Source: Yuukianura sp. NJ FZ-2021
Lineage: Eukaryota
Length of the DNA stretch: 64,000 bases
Reading direction: 5' to 3'
Assembly: GCA_046563655.1 (NCBI GenBank)
Contig: CM102287.1
Coordinates: 3,286,001 to 3,350,000, forward strand
Shown here: positions 12,447 through 25,048 of the stretch, piece by piece
How the letters are laid out: each line of letters starts with the position of its first letter
Numbering within the stretch: position 1 is the stretch's first letter
Translations under genes and position numbers: made by a program
Notes under the pieces: generated by a model
Database searches by the model: none
Told to the model about the DNA's origin: nothing
Seen by the model: the letters and a program-made list of their open reading frames with translations, nothing else

Positions 12447-15400
12447 ATGGATCCTTGGATAGTGACTCCAGTTGAGCGTGCAAGGCATGCAGAGCAGTTC
12501 AAAAGCCTTGGACCGATTGGTGGATTCGTCACTGGAGAACAGGCGAAAGGATTCTTACTTCAATCTCAGTTACCGCCGGCAATCTTAGGGCAAATTTGGT
12601 AATTTACATCTAAAACGTTTTCTAGACATTTCGATTTCAGTTTTTAACTTTTCGTTTTTGGTTGTCCTTTGTAGGGGTCTTGCCGATATGAATTGTGATG
12701 GTAAAATGGATATCAACGAATTCAGTGTTGCCTGTAAGTTGATCACAATGAAACTCAAAGGGTTTGAAGTTCCACCAGCCTTGCCACCGACTTTGAAAAA
12801 CGTACTGTTCGGAACCGGCTCCAATACAACTCCAGTTCTATCTCCAACGAATACCGGAATCATGTCACCAATTCAGCAGATGATGCCGATTAGACCAATT
12901 GTTCCAGTAGTGCCTCAGTCTTCGTCGGGAGTTCCTTTGGCAGGAGCTGGAATGATGCTGGGAGGCAGTACTCCGCCGCTCATGCCCAGCACAGTTCCTC
13001 AGATTCCTCAGCAAGTCATGATGGCGGCTACTACCGGCATGTACTCTTCCACTATGCCTACCTCACCACACCCTACAACGTTACCACTCGGTTACGATCC
13101 TAATGGTAAGCGTTTAGAACAAAACGTTTCAGAACAATGTTCCGAAAAACAAACGTTCTAGAAACGTCAACTAAAACGTAAAACGTTTTCATGATTTCAG
13201 CAATGATGCAGCCACAGCAGCCGACAATAGCTCAAGTTCAAGGAATTCCGTCAATTCCGAGTCAGAGTCGGTCAATGTCAATTACTAGTCAAGAATCAGT
13301 GTAAGTGGATCCTTATTCTTAAGGCGTGACCACTTTCTGTGTATAACCACCATAACTACTTTCTGTCTATAACCACCGTAACCACTTTTTGTATGTTTTT
13401 AGCGTGTCGCCACTCATGGAATGGGCGGTTCCAAATCCTTCACGTCTCAAATATACGCAGTTGTTCAATCAAAACGATCGATCAAAGTCTGGGTTTCTCT
13501 CGGGAGTGCAAGCTAGAAATATTTTAATGGGAACGCAGCTACCGCAGCAAATTTTAGCAACAGTTTGGGCACTATCTGACTTGGACGCCGATGGACGTCT
13601 CTCCTGTGAAGAGTTCATTCTGTCAATGCACTTGTGTGATGTAGCTCGGCAGGTTGGTCAGAATTCATCATTTTCAAAAAAGTTCTAAGAAAATTCAAAC
13701 TCATAACAAAGTCTTTATGTTTTAGACTGGGCGGTTACCACCTAAACTTCCTGCTGAACTGATTCCGCCTTCTTTCCGTTCCGGCGGAAGTAGAAAGCAG
13801 TCAATAAAAAGTGGAACTGGTTCCATTGTTCAAAGTGGACACAACACAGGGTCCAACACGCCCACTTCCATGATTGAGCCGGAGCCTCTACTTTCTCCAG
13901 GTAACCAAAAACTGAATTCGCACTCATTTTTTCATAAACTTTGACTTTGTATGTTGAAAATGTTTGTTTTTGTACAAAGGTGGAACTTCATTTGAAGACA
14001 AACGAAAAATGAACTACGACAAAGGCCAAGCCGAACTGGACCGACGTAGAAGAGTTCTAGAAGAAATTGCTGCTCGTGAACGTGAAGAACGCGAGAGAAA
14101 AGAGCGTGAAGAATTTGAGAAACGGGAGAAACAGAGGTAAAATTGGTCAAAAAAGTTCAAGATTTTTTGGTTTTGAGTTTGTTTTCATCATTTTTTTCAA
14201 ACTTTTTTGAAAGGTTGGAGCAAGAGAGAAGAAAACAAGAGGAAATTGAGCGTCAGATGGCAATGCAACGAGAAATGGAAGAGCGGAGGATAGAAGAACT
14301 AAGAAAAGCAGAGGAGCAGAAAGAAGCCGCTAGAAAGGAAATGGAGCGACAGCGGAGGCTGGAAATGGAAGAAAATAAGCGATTGGAGTTACTCGCTCGG
14401 AGACAAAAAGAGCAGGACGAAGTACTGCGTCTCAAAGGTGTCAATCATGGACTTGGACTAGAGTTGTCACAATTGGTAATTAACTAATTCGTTTACTTAA
14501 TTAATCATGATTAATCAATCTAACTTTTTCCTTGATTTTTTCAAACAACTTAGCTTTTTCTGTGATTTAGACCGAAAAAGTGAAAGACTTGTCTGGAAAA
14601 ATAACGGAGACGCGTGTGGGTGTGTCTACAGTCAAATCAGAGATTGATGGAATGCGAGCCAAACGGGATGGATTTATGAGTGAAAGTGGATCGCTGAAGA
14701 ATCAACTCAAAGAACAAAATGCAAGGATGTTGCATGCTGCTCAAGAGAAAACACGACTTGAGCGACTTGCTACCGAAAGTGAAGTGAAACAGATAAGTCT
14801 GAAACAACTTCGTGAAAAGTTGCAGAATTTGAAAGAGGAAGTGAGTTATCATAATCAAAAAGTCATTCTTTTTTCAGTGAAACTCATTTCATTTGAACTC
14901 TTTTGTTGGTTTTAGCTCGCAAAGAAGCAGGGTGATGCGGATGTTGCTGTTGGTGAATTGAATGAACTGAAATCCACTTTATCCACAGTAATTGAAAGTT
15001 GCATGTCAATTTATGAGGAGTATCAAGACAAGAGAGAGAAAGTTATTCAAATGAGGAAGAAGCATAATGCTGAATTTGACTACAATGTGGCATGGGGTGC
15101 TCCTGTCAAGGCAGGCAGTTTTCAAGAAGAATCTCCGTCGAAAGATGACGGATTCGGTGGACCTGGATTTGCTTCTGTCGGAGACACTCCGGCGTACTAC
15201 CGAGCTCTTTATGATTTTGAAGCTAGAAATCCTGATGAATTGGGATTTGTTGCTGGTTCAATAATACAGGTAACAATGGAAGTAATTTAACGTTAATCGA
15301 TTAATTGACTAATCTCATTTGGTTTACATAGAGAGACGACAGTGTCGTTCCTGATCCAGGATGGCTCGCTGGGATTCTGGATGGAAAGTCAGGCTGGTTC

Positions 15401-18400
15401 CCGGAATCATTTGTGGAAAGCATTGCAGCAGACGAGACAGCGGTGGTAGACTCGTAAGTTGTGTTTTTTGAAAGATTTTGAAAAATAAAACTTAAAACGA
15501 AAATTTAAAAAACACCAATTTTTTTTTTCGTCTTTTTAGAACGTCAGCTCCGTCTGGTCCAGTCGCCCAAGGATCAGTGGACAGTCAGCAGTACAATCAA
15601 ACCGGCGGAGGTGAAATTCCAAAATCAACTTTTCGAAATTTTGATATTTTCGTTGAAATTCAGTTTCGTAATTTTTGAAATTTTGATTTTAGAGTACTAC
15701 GTGGCAATGTTTCCTTACACTTCAACCGAACCTGGAGACTTACCCTTTGATGCTGGTGAAGTTATCCTTGTGACACAAACAGAAGGAGAGTGGTGGACAG
15801 GCGCCATTGGACAAGACCGTTCTGGCATATTTCCTGCCAATTACGTTGCTAAGCAAAGCGAAGTTGCGACGGAGGAGCCAGGATTTGAAAATTCCGCTGT
15901 CACTGAAGACGTGTTGGCTCCAATCAATAACTTTACAGCTGATTTTCCAGCATTTGAAGGCATGGGCTCCAAAACTGAACTGGAACCATTTGAAGAAGCT
16001 GAAATCAAAAGAGAAATTTTTGAATTGGCCAAAGGACCGCCAAAGTCTCCCAAAACTGTCAAAACAAAGAAGTACGAAATTGCTACGGTTTTGGCCAACT
16101 ACCAAGGAAATGGCGCTGGTCAGCTGACTTTGACCAGAGGGCAACTCATCACGGTTAGGAAAAAGTCGCAGTCTGGTTGGTGGGAAGGAGAGTTACAGGT
16201 AATCGATTAAATCAGAAATTAATCGATTAATTTCAAGTAAATTAAGTGTGTTACTAATTGATTTTTAGGCAAAAGGAAAGAAAAGAGAATTGGGCTGGTT
16301 TCCGGGATCGTACGTTAAAATTCTCGGGCCGGGCGGCGGGTCGAGACAATCTTCGTCCCGGACAACGCCGATTCCATTTGATGACTTGATTATGCCCACG
16401 ACGATAGCACCGGTCTATGCCGATTTTAGTAAATGTGAGTCACTTTTTCAAAATTTTGAAAATTTTTATTTTGAAGTTTTTACATTTTGAATTTCTTTTT
16501 GTAGCTGAGCAAATGGTTGCACTTTATCCATACTCTGCCCAGAATTCTGACGAATTGACGTTCGTCAAAGATGACATTATCACGATCATTTCAAAGGACG
16601 AACCGGATTGGTGGAGAGGGCAACTAGGAACAGCAATTGGTCTCTTTCCGGTCAACTACGTTCAACCTATAGAAGGCGACCAGACTAACAACCAATGTAA
16701 GTTTCAACTTTGACCTTTGACCTCTTCTGGTTTCGCTTCTCGTTCACTTTATAGTTTCTACGATGTCACGTTGACATCTTTTCGAATTAGAGTTGTTTCA
16801 TCACAGAAATGGGGTTCATTGAAGTGAACGGAATCTAAGTTTTTCAATTGTTTCCAAATTTTTCAAAATTTTATGGAATATCATCGTAAACTCTGTCCTC
16901 TGTACATGTTTCTCTGTTTTGTTTGTTTGTTTTAGGAAACTAAAATTGTTCCACCTTCGCACTTCTCTCTTTCAATATTTGGGTGAAGTTTAACGTGAAG
17001 AAAAACTTGTTAAAAAACTAAGACACGAGTCATGGCCCCCTCCTTCCATGTTACAAGACAGGGAAATACAAATTTTCGGAACGTTTTCAAAATTTTCGAA
17101 ATTGATTCGAAAATTGTTTAGTCATCACAAGCGAGAATGTTGGAATAACTTGGAATTCAAGTGTCTTCTAGTCAAAATGGAAACTTTGTACAGAAATGAG
17201 CTCTGATGATTCATCATCACTATTGATGATGATGATGATGCGATGATGATGCTGAGTTACGCTGGAAGTGTTAAAACAGCGATTTTAGCTTTAATATCTT
17301 CAATCTTTCTCTGTAGTAGGACATTTTAGAGTTAAGGTTCAAGAAGTAGTGTTTTTTAGAAGTTTTTTTTTGAAAAGCAAATTCTGAAAAACAAGAGTTG
17401 AATATGAACAAATTGTCAAAAAACCGTTCGCTGGCAGCGCCGTGAAAGAACTTAGGTGCTGATTCATTCACTAATCGCTGCTATAAAAAAGTTTAATGAA
17501 AATTGTTGGCCTCTGTTGTTTAAAAAATTTTTGAACATTTTTCATTTCCTTTTGAATTTTTCATTTTACGAGTCAAAAGTTATATATTTTGAAATAAGTT
17601 GTTCAAAAAGTATGATAATTTTAACAAACCAATATTAAATTTAATTGTTATATTAATTAACCCTAATTTTCTTACATTGTTTTTAATTAGTAATCAAACT
17701 TATTAGTTGTAGTTTTGAGTTGGTACCGCTGTTAGCCTGGTTTGTAACATGGTAGGTGGGGTGTGTCTCGTTTTGTTTTCGTTTTTTCTTAACTTTCCTT
17801 CACCTAGTTGCACACTAGTTTTTCATTTTTGAACTTTTTGATACAAAATTTTCGATCCATTGGATCGAAAATTTTGAACGAAAACCTCACCTTACCACTA
17901 AATGTTGCAAATCGGGTCATTTTATGCCGGGTTTGTGTTATTACCTTAAAATTTAGTTGACTGAAAAATCGAACTTGCAAAGACCTTTTATTTGCTCAGT
18001 GTGTTAAAAACCTTGTTATTTAGGTTTAGACAAAAATTTGTATCAAAGTTTTGAGATCTGAGTGACCCTTGAAGTCTCTTTTATTGCAATTTTAAGTAAT
18101 TTCCAAAATGATATTAGTTAAAAACTTAATTTTAATTAAAATTTTGGAGAATAAAGGCAGAATAACACCCAAGTGTTGTGTCTCGCCTAAGCATTCCAGG
18201 ACTCCATGACTCAATTATGAAAATGTTAAATTTTAGTCAATTTAAAAGTATAACTTAGAACCAGTTTCACAACTTAACTGAAGATGTGACACATGACCTT
18301 TGACCCGGTTTGCACCTTGACCCAGGACTACTGCAATAACAGTAATAAAAAGAAACATTAGTCATGTTTTTATCATAAGAAATTCTGGAAAAAAAGAACA

Positions 18401-21400
18401 TTTTTTTGAAAATTGGTTCGAAAATTTGCAAAAAAATGTTCTAAATATTAAGTGTTTGATGTGTTGTTTTTCACTTGACCTTTTGACCTGTGGTGCCTAG
18501 GGGGAGGAGCGACTAGTGAAGGTCATTTTGGACAAAACAATAATGGTGGAGGTCAACCTTACGAAGAAGACGATGACGACTGGGATGACGATGGTCCAGG
18601 TCAAGGTCAGGGGTCACGTGACATGATGACCGGTGACAACGGAAGTTGGAGTGGCAGTGACCTCATGTCAACTCCAAGACCGGAGTCCCGTGACACGACG
18701 ATGTCCGAAGCATATTTTCAGCAGCGACAGCACTTTGAACCGGTTTTTGACCTCGGCGGAATTCGGTTTTCGACGTACTCTGTCGACATGAGTTTCGGAC
18801 CGGAAGAGACTTTGAGACAAGAAGCGATCAAAGAGCTGCTCAAAACGGAACAAAACTATATCAATGACATGGTCAATGTCAGAAAGGTAAAAGGAATTAT
18901 TAAAATATAACAATTAATATAATACATTAATTATTTTTAATATATTTTAATCAACTTTTGTTTGATTTGAAGTATTTTAAAGATCCAATACGTGATTCCA
19001 AAATCCTGACCTCGGATGACCTCTGTACAATTTTTGTCAACTGGGAGGAACTGATTGACTGCAGCTTCAAGCTCCTCAAGGCCTTCAAAATCCGAACAGG
19101 ACACGAGACCAAGGCGGTGTTCATCGTCGGTGACATCCTGTGTCAGCATGTAAGTTTTTGAAAAAATCGGATTTTGAAACTTTTTGTGTCAAAATTTCAT
19201 TTTGGTTTTTGTGTTTTAGATGCCGGCAATGAAGGTGTACATCCGTTTCTGCAGTGCCCAGCTACGCAGCGCAGCGTTCCTACAAAACAAGACTGAAACG
19301 AATCCCGATTTTCGGGAACTGACGAAACGCTTACAAGGAAATCCAGCGACACAAAATCTACCTCTGAGTTCTTTTCTCATCAAACCAATGCAGCGAATCA
19401 CCAGATACCCGCTACTGATCAAGAAGGTACAACATAAACTTACATGAGATTGACCTTTGACATTTCTGAAATTAGTTTGACCTTTGACCTTTTTCCAGAT
19501 TCTGGAGCATACCCCTGACAGTCACCCGGACAGACAGAACCTGGAAGAGGCTTTGGCCAAAGCAGAAGAACTTTGTGCCCAAGTTAACGAAGGAGTCCGG
19601 GAAAAAGAGAATTCGGATCGACTGGAGTGGATGCAAACGCATATTAACTGCATCGGTCTGGAAGAACGCTTGATTTTCAACTCTACCACAAATTCACTCG
19701 GACCAAGAAAGTTCCTACATCATGGAATACTCAAAAAAGTAATTCCAAATTTGGAAATCGAAATTTTGAAAGTTAAGATTCTGAAATTTCTTAACTTGAA
19801 ATTTTGAAAACAGACGAAAAGCGGCAAGGAACTGCTGGGACTACTATTCAACGACTTCCTCCTGCTTGCTCAACCGACCAAAATTTTTAATCAGAGTCAA
19901 TTCTCTTTTGACCGAAATCGGGACCAAAAGTTCAAAATCTACAGAAAGGTGAGAATCCACTAATAAAGTGCCATGCTAAGCAGTGACTAATCTGTAAGAA
20001 AGTTTTCAAAATTTTGATTTTGATTTTTATGATATTTTTGTTTGACGTTTAGCCGCTGTTTCTGAACGAAATTTCGGTGGGTGAGGATGGATTGAGTGAA
20101 GCTGAATTTTGGATTAGAAGTGAAAAGAAAGCAAGTCAGTTGGTCGTTGCTGCTCCCGGGGGAACTGAAAAACGATTGTGGATCAAATGTATCTCCGAAG
20201 CACAAAAAAGTTACCACCGCGTTCAACAACAGTATTTGCAAAGGCAGCAGTCAAGTAAGGCTTTGATTCTCCAAAAATATCTAACGCCTATACAAAATTA
20301 AGCTAAAACGATTTTTCGAAGAGTTATTGAACAGAAACTGCAAAAAACCTGAGCGCTTTTAGTACTTTTCTCATTCCAGGACAACTTCTTTTTCGAAATT
20401 TTAAATTTTTTGAAAAAGTAATTCTAAGTTTTTGTTCAGAAAAAGTGAAAGGTGCGGTTGGCCGTCTGTTGGTAACCGTGATGGAGGCGACTTGTCTCTG
20501 TTTAAGAGATAGGAGTGGTAAGAATCGCTGGAAAAATGAAATTGCTTAGCAATTTTCAAAAAAGCAATGCAACAATTTCCAAAAAACTTGGCAATTTCAG
20601 CTAATAACTTTGCAACTTCTTCATTCACAACTGCATGAATCGCTGCTAGAACACTGATTTCTGCGTGCAGTGTTGTAGTTTTAGTAACTTTATATTGGTT
20701 TTTTTTTTTGAAATTTTTAATTACTTTGTGACTAATTTTGTATTTGCTGCACTCACTCTAACTTTTTTGTGTAAATTTTAGTTCGAAGGCGTCGCCCCCT
20801 TGGTTATCTTAGGGTTAAGGTTGTGGAAGGCACTAATTTGACTAATCGAAACCCGCATGGTAGATTCTAGTTTTTTGCAAATCGGGCTTAACTGTGTGCT
20901 GTTTTGACTAATTTTAGCAAAATTGTGAACAATTTGCATTGAAGCGTCTCTCCTGTTTCGTTGCTTCTCTTTTTACTCGACAGACTCAAAAGTTTCTACA
21001 AATCTGCTTGATGCTTTGCTAAAATCTGTAAATGCTTTGGAAATTTTGAAATTATGAAGTTGTATTTGACTTTTTTGAAATTGACCTCGTTTGACCTCTA
21101 GGGAAAAGCGATCCTTACTGTGAAGTTAGTTTGGGATCAGAAGTGAAACAGACGAGAGTGATCAATGGAACGCTGAATCCACGCTGGAACGACTCCATGC
21201 AGTTTTCAGTCAAAGATCTCAATGAAGATATTCTTAGCTTTACAGTCTATGACAAAGACCATTTTTCACCGGACCGTACGTTTTAACTTCAAATTTCAAA
21301 AAAAGAGATTTAAAATTTCAAAATCTTGGCCTAATTTCTAATTTGAATTTTTTGTCTGCCAACAGAATTTTTAGGACGAACGGAACTCCGAATTTCGTCA

Positions 21401-21511
21401 ATTGCACAAATCAGGAATCAAAAGAATCCATGGACCAAAACATTTCCATTACTTGAAATTGAATCAGGAGAAATTACTATCAAATTACACCTACAAATTT
21501 TCGAAAAATGA
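12447..21511 (+). CDS. ITSN: Intersectin (Dap160 orthologue), long isoform: EH-EH-coiled coil-4xSH3-DH-PH-C2
   Basis: ATG 12447 ([14 protein letters not shown]...[27 protein letters not shown]) is EH1; EH2 is [15 protein letters not shown]...[30 protein letters not shown] precedes the KELRQ-type coil. SH3s start [33 protein letters not shown] and [26 protein letters not shown]...[30 protein letters not shown]2: [12 protein letters not shown]...LNPRWN...FLGRTE. TGA at 21509-21511. Confidence 0.95.
16936..18349 (+). other. ITSN: Alternative terminal exon/3'UTR of the intersectin short isoform
   Basis: The SH3E exon ends in phase 1 (..CAA T|GTAAG, 16696). The acceptor TTTGTTTTAG|GA at 16935/16936 completes a TGA stop. 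AATAAA occurs at 18150 and 18344, before the long-isoform acceptor at 18500/18501. Confidence 0.65.
20440..20517 (+). other. ITSN: Intersectin candidate mutually exclusive exon A (78 nt; start of C2 domain)
   Basis: TTCAG|...|GTAAGA, phase 1-1, encodes [27 protein letters not shown]. Confidence 0.75.
20782..20859 (+). other. ITSN: Intersectin candidate mutually exclusive exon B (78 nt; start of C2 domain)
   Basis: TTTTAG|...|GTAGAT, phase 1-1, encodes [27 protein letters not shown]. Confidence 0.75.
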
Positions 21512-21928
21512 AAAGTTTCAAATTTTGGCAAAAAAATGAACAATTTAGTTCCAATTTCTGATTTAACTCTGTACTCAATCTCTGTTCACAAAAGTAGTTT
21601 AGACAGAATCACATGGAAATCTTTAGCAAAATATTCAGTTTCTTATGATTTTTTGTGATTTGCAAAACTTGAAATCGAGAAAATGTCAAAGTAAATTATT
21701 GGATTTTGCAAATTTTCTGCAAATTGTAGCAAATTCATACTTTTATTGCCATTTTTCCATAATTAACTTTCTAACTCAAAACTGAAATGTGGATAATCTA
21801 AAGTTGTGAGAAACTGACTACTAACTTTGGGTTATAAAATTATGTAAATTTCCTAATTCTAATTAACTTTTCAACCTAACATGAACTTTTCATGTAAAAA
21901 TTGTTACCTTAGTTGACTTTAGTAGACT

Positions 21929-22758
21929 TTAGTATGCATTGATGTCTTCGATGTCATCTCCATAGTTGTGATCCAGTGCCGGCATGACGTTATGTGTAAG
22001 GTCATCGACTCTTTGCTGATGAGCGTCCCATGGATCAGGGCCGGCATCCCGAGCAAACTTGCCTCCCAGAATGGCCTTGTCCAGCGACAGTTTTCCAGCG
22101 ATGAGTGGAACAATCAGTGCCAGTAGAAATTGAACTACTGTCCAGATTCCGACGATGACGAACACAAAGATGACAATGGGAAAGAGCAAGTCACCTTTGG
22201 CACCCAGAGCAGAGCCGATCCAAGTCTGAGGGAGGTATGAAGGGCCCATGAACCCTGGAAATCCAGCGTACCCTCCAGGGTACATTGAGCCACCGAGGAT
22301 TGGATCGAATGCTGGCGGTGGTGGGGCTGGAACGCCTGGAAACAAATAAAAATTTCAAGTTTGGCCAGCATTTGAGTGAAATGAACTTTTTTGAAACTTT
22401 TCGAAATTTACCTGGAAGTGGGGCTGCTGGTGGTGGGGCCGGTGGGGCTGCTGCTGGAGTTCCGCCGGCAAACAGTGAAGCCAGAAGGGGTCCATATGAA
22501 GCAGGAACGGCAGGCGGGAGTGGTGGTGGCGGTGGGGCATTGCTGCTGGAACAAAAATGAACATTTTTTAGCCAATCAGGAATCAGCGTCAAGTTGAATT
22601 CCAAAAATCGGTTCAAAAATCGGTGCTTACCTTGTTTCAGGGTCTGTGGATGATGAACTTGAAGAGACTGATTCCTTGACTATGTGATTTGACATCTGAC
22701 CGACAGCAATTTGACCCAAACACAATGTGACCAAGGTCACGAGCGAAACAGTCTTCAT
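21929..22758 (-). CDS. Uncharacterised Pro/Ala-rich protein with signal peptide and C-terminal hydrophobic (TM) segment
   Basis: Three exons (22758-22631, ~22548-22412, ~22335-21929). MKTVSLVTLVTLCLGQIAVG signal, poly-Pro/Ala segment, then LLFPIVIFVFVIVGIWTVVQFLLALIVPLIAG. Confidence 0.72.
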
Positions 22759-23137
22759 GTTTCCTAACTGTAGAGTGACCTTGTTGACCTTGATGTTGAC
22801 TTTGACAAACCAAGTTCCAGAAGACGACTGAAAAGTTTTTCATGCTTCCAAGTATTACTTATAACCTCGGTGTCTCGCACACGCTAACTTTTGATTTGCA
22901 ATTTTACTCACATCAATTTACATTTCTGCCCAAGAAAATTCCATGAAAAAAAACTTTTTTGCAAACAATTTGATGAAAAAAGGAACAGAGAGTTTTAATT
23001 TAGTTGAGCAAAGACGTTGGATTTTTAGTCGCATGGAAGACTAGAGGTCAGTAACCTACCTACTAGCATCACGAAAGTTACAAAATTTACATTTTTTTTT
23101 CAAAATTTTACATTTTTTTTTTCAAAATTTTGTAACT

Positions 23138-24529
23138 TTATGCTCTCGATGTTCCAATCCAGGAGTTGTAGTGAGCAATGTTGGTAAAAACCGATGGAAG
23201 ATCTGGATCTGAAGCACAGTCTCCTTGACCCCAACTCACAACTGGAAATAAAGATCAAAGGTCAGGTCAAGGTCACCACCAAGTTCATCAAATTTTGAAA
23301 TTTAAAAAAAAATGTCAACTTAAGTCGTAGGAGGTAAAATGGTCAAGGTAATTTTGTCAAAAAGTGATAAGGTCAAAAAGTGAAAATGTCAACTGTGCAA
23401 AATAGAGTTGTTGTTCGGCTGTTGATCTTTTCATTTTTTGACCTTTTCACTTTCTGACAAAATTGTTGTTGACCAAATTACATGGAACCACTTACGTCCA
23501 GCCAAGTACGGAACTGCACCATTTCTACAAATGAATCCAGAACCGGAGTCACCGTGACACGTTCCCTTGTACGGTTCGTTAGCACAGATCATGCCCATTG
23601 TGATCGGCGTCTCAGGGAATATCTCTCCCCAGAGGTCAGTGCACTCCACGCGGTCAACCATGGTCAGCTCAACTTTCTGGAGAACGTCAGGAGTGGGATC
23701 ACTCTCCATAGTACTGCCCCACCCAACGGCAGTACACACTCCCGTCGGCACGGTGCTGCTCGGAGCAATTCCGATTTTATCCACGGTGCTACCGAACATC
23801 AACGGTCCACTCAGCGTCAAAACGGCAATGTCGTTGTCAAACGTCTCCCTGAAACACAAAAGTTTGAAATTAATCCGCGCCGTGAATTTTTCGCGCGCGA
23901 AATTATAGAATCTTTGGACCTACAGGCTAAATCCTGGGTGGATTCGGACGCTGGAACCAAGCACTTTCTGTTCACTTCCATTTGGATTTTCGATATTGAT
24001 GATTCCGGCGACAACGGTCACGGTGGTGGCTGGCACGTCGCCTTCTTCAGTCCGAAAGCAGTGGGCTGCTGTAAGGATTGTGCGGGAGTCGAAGATGACT
24101 CCACCACAAAACTTGTCCGGATTGTTCGTACCGGGTTGCGGTTTTTGTAGAGATACTTGCCAAGGGAATTCGCCTAAAGCCGCATCCGAACCGTTGACGA
24201 TTTTTTTCGGCGGAAGTTGTCTAAAAAGAGCTGAAACTATCCGTGACAGTTTTTTCCCGGGAGAATGAACGGTGAAGCTAAGAAATCAAAGTTAAAATTT
24301 ATGAAAATTATGACAAAACTTAAGAAATTTATGAAAATTATGACAATTATGACAAAATTTAAGAAATTATGACAATTATAAAATTTATGAAAATTATGAC
24401 AATTATAAGATTTATGACAATTTGGTGTGTAAATTTATACAATTTGGTAAAAGTTTTACCTGTACTGAACTGATATCCAAAAAGTGAAACTAGAATGAAA
24501 AATTTTACAAACACTGTGAAAGGTGACAT
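23138..24529 (-). CDS. S1A serine protease, probably chymotrypsin-like specificity, secreted
   Basis: Signal exon MSPFTVFVKFFILVSLFGY; activation site K|IVNG, GEFPWQVSLQ, CGG, TAAHC, DNDIAV, KGTCHGDSGSG, VVSWG. Catalytic triad intact. Position 189 is Gly rather than Asp, so it is not trypsin-like. Confidence 0.9.
24294..24422. repeat. AT-rich minisatellite (AAATTATGACAA-type units) in protease intron 1
   Basis: Repeated AATTATGACAA / AATTTATGAAA units are visible directly. Confidence 0.75.
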
Positions 24530-25048
24530 TGTTAGTTCAATTGCTAAATATTTACTGTGAACGTTACAATTTCGAGCAATTCGAAGTTAAATCAGATAAA
24601 TTGACCTTGTCAAGATTTCTAATTGAATAAATAGCTAATCAATTTTCCTCTTTGGAACGAGATTAATTCTGTTATCGTATCTCCACTTAACGTCAATTCC
24701 AATTCCCCCTATGTTCCATCACAACTCCAATTCAACAGCTATCGCTGATCGCTGCAAAAAAAAACATCGCTGGAAAAACCCAAAATAGCTGGAGAACGCC
24801 ATTTTAACAAGAATTCTTCTACAAACTCACAAAACATTCCAAAATCAAACTTCTACAGAAATTTTAAAGTTTGACTTTCACAAAAACTTGGCAAGTATCC
24901 ATTTCCTTTAGGAGTTTAAACGGGATTAAGTAGTAACTTAAGTGTGAAGTACTTGTACTTTGCAGCATTTTTGGAGCTGATCATGTTTGAAGTGTTGGAA
25001 ATTCCCTATTTTTGAATTAACACTTAATAGATTCCATGTCAGACTTTG

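Noticed and set aside
17204..17252. (GAT)n/(ATC)n hairpin in the ITSN short 3'UTR
   Set aside because: Simple microsatellite with chance complementarity; no evidence for a structured RNA.
23482..24150. 222-aa plus-strand ORF
   Set aside because: Antisense shadow of the serine protease exons.
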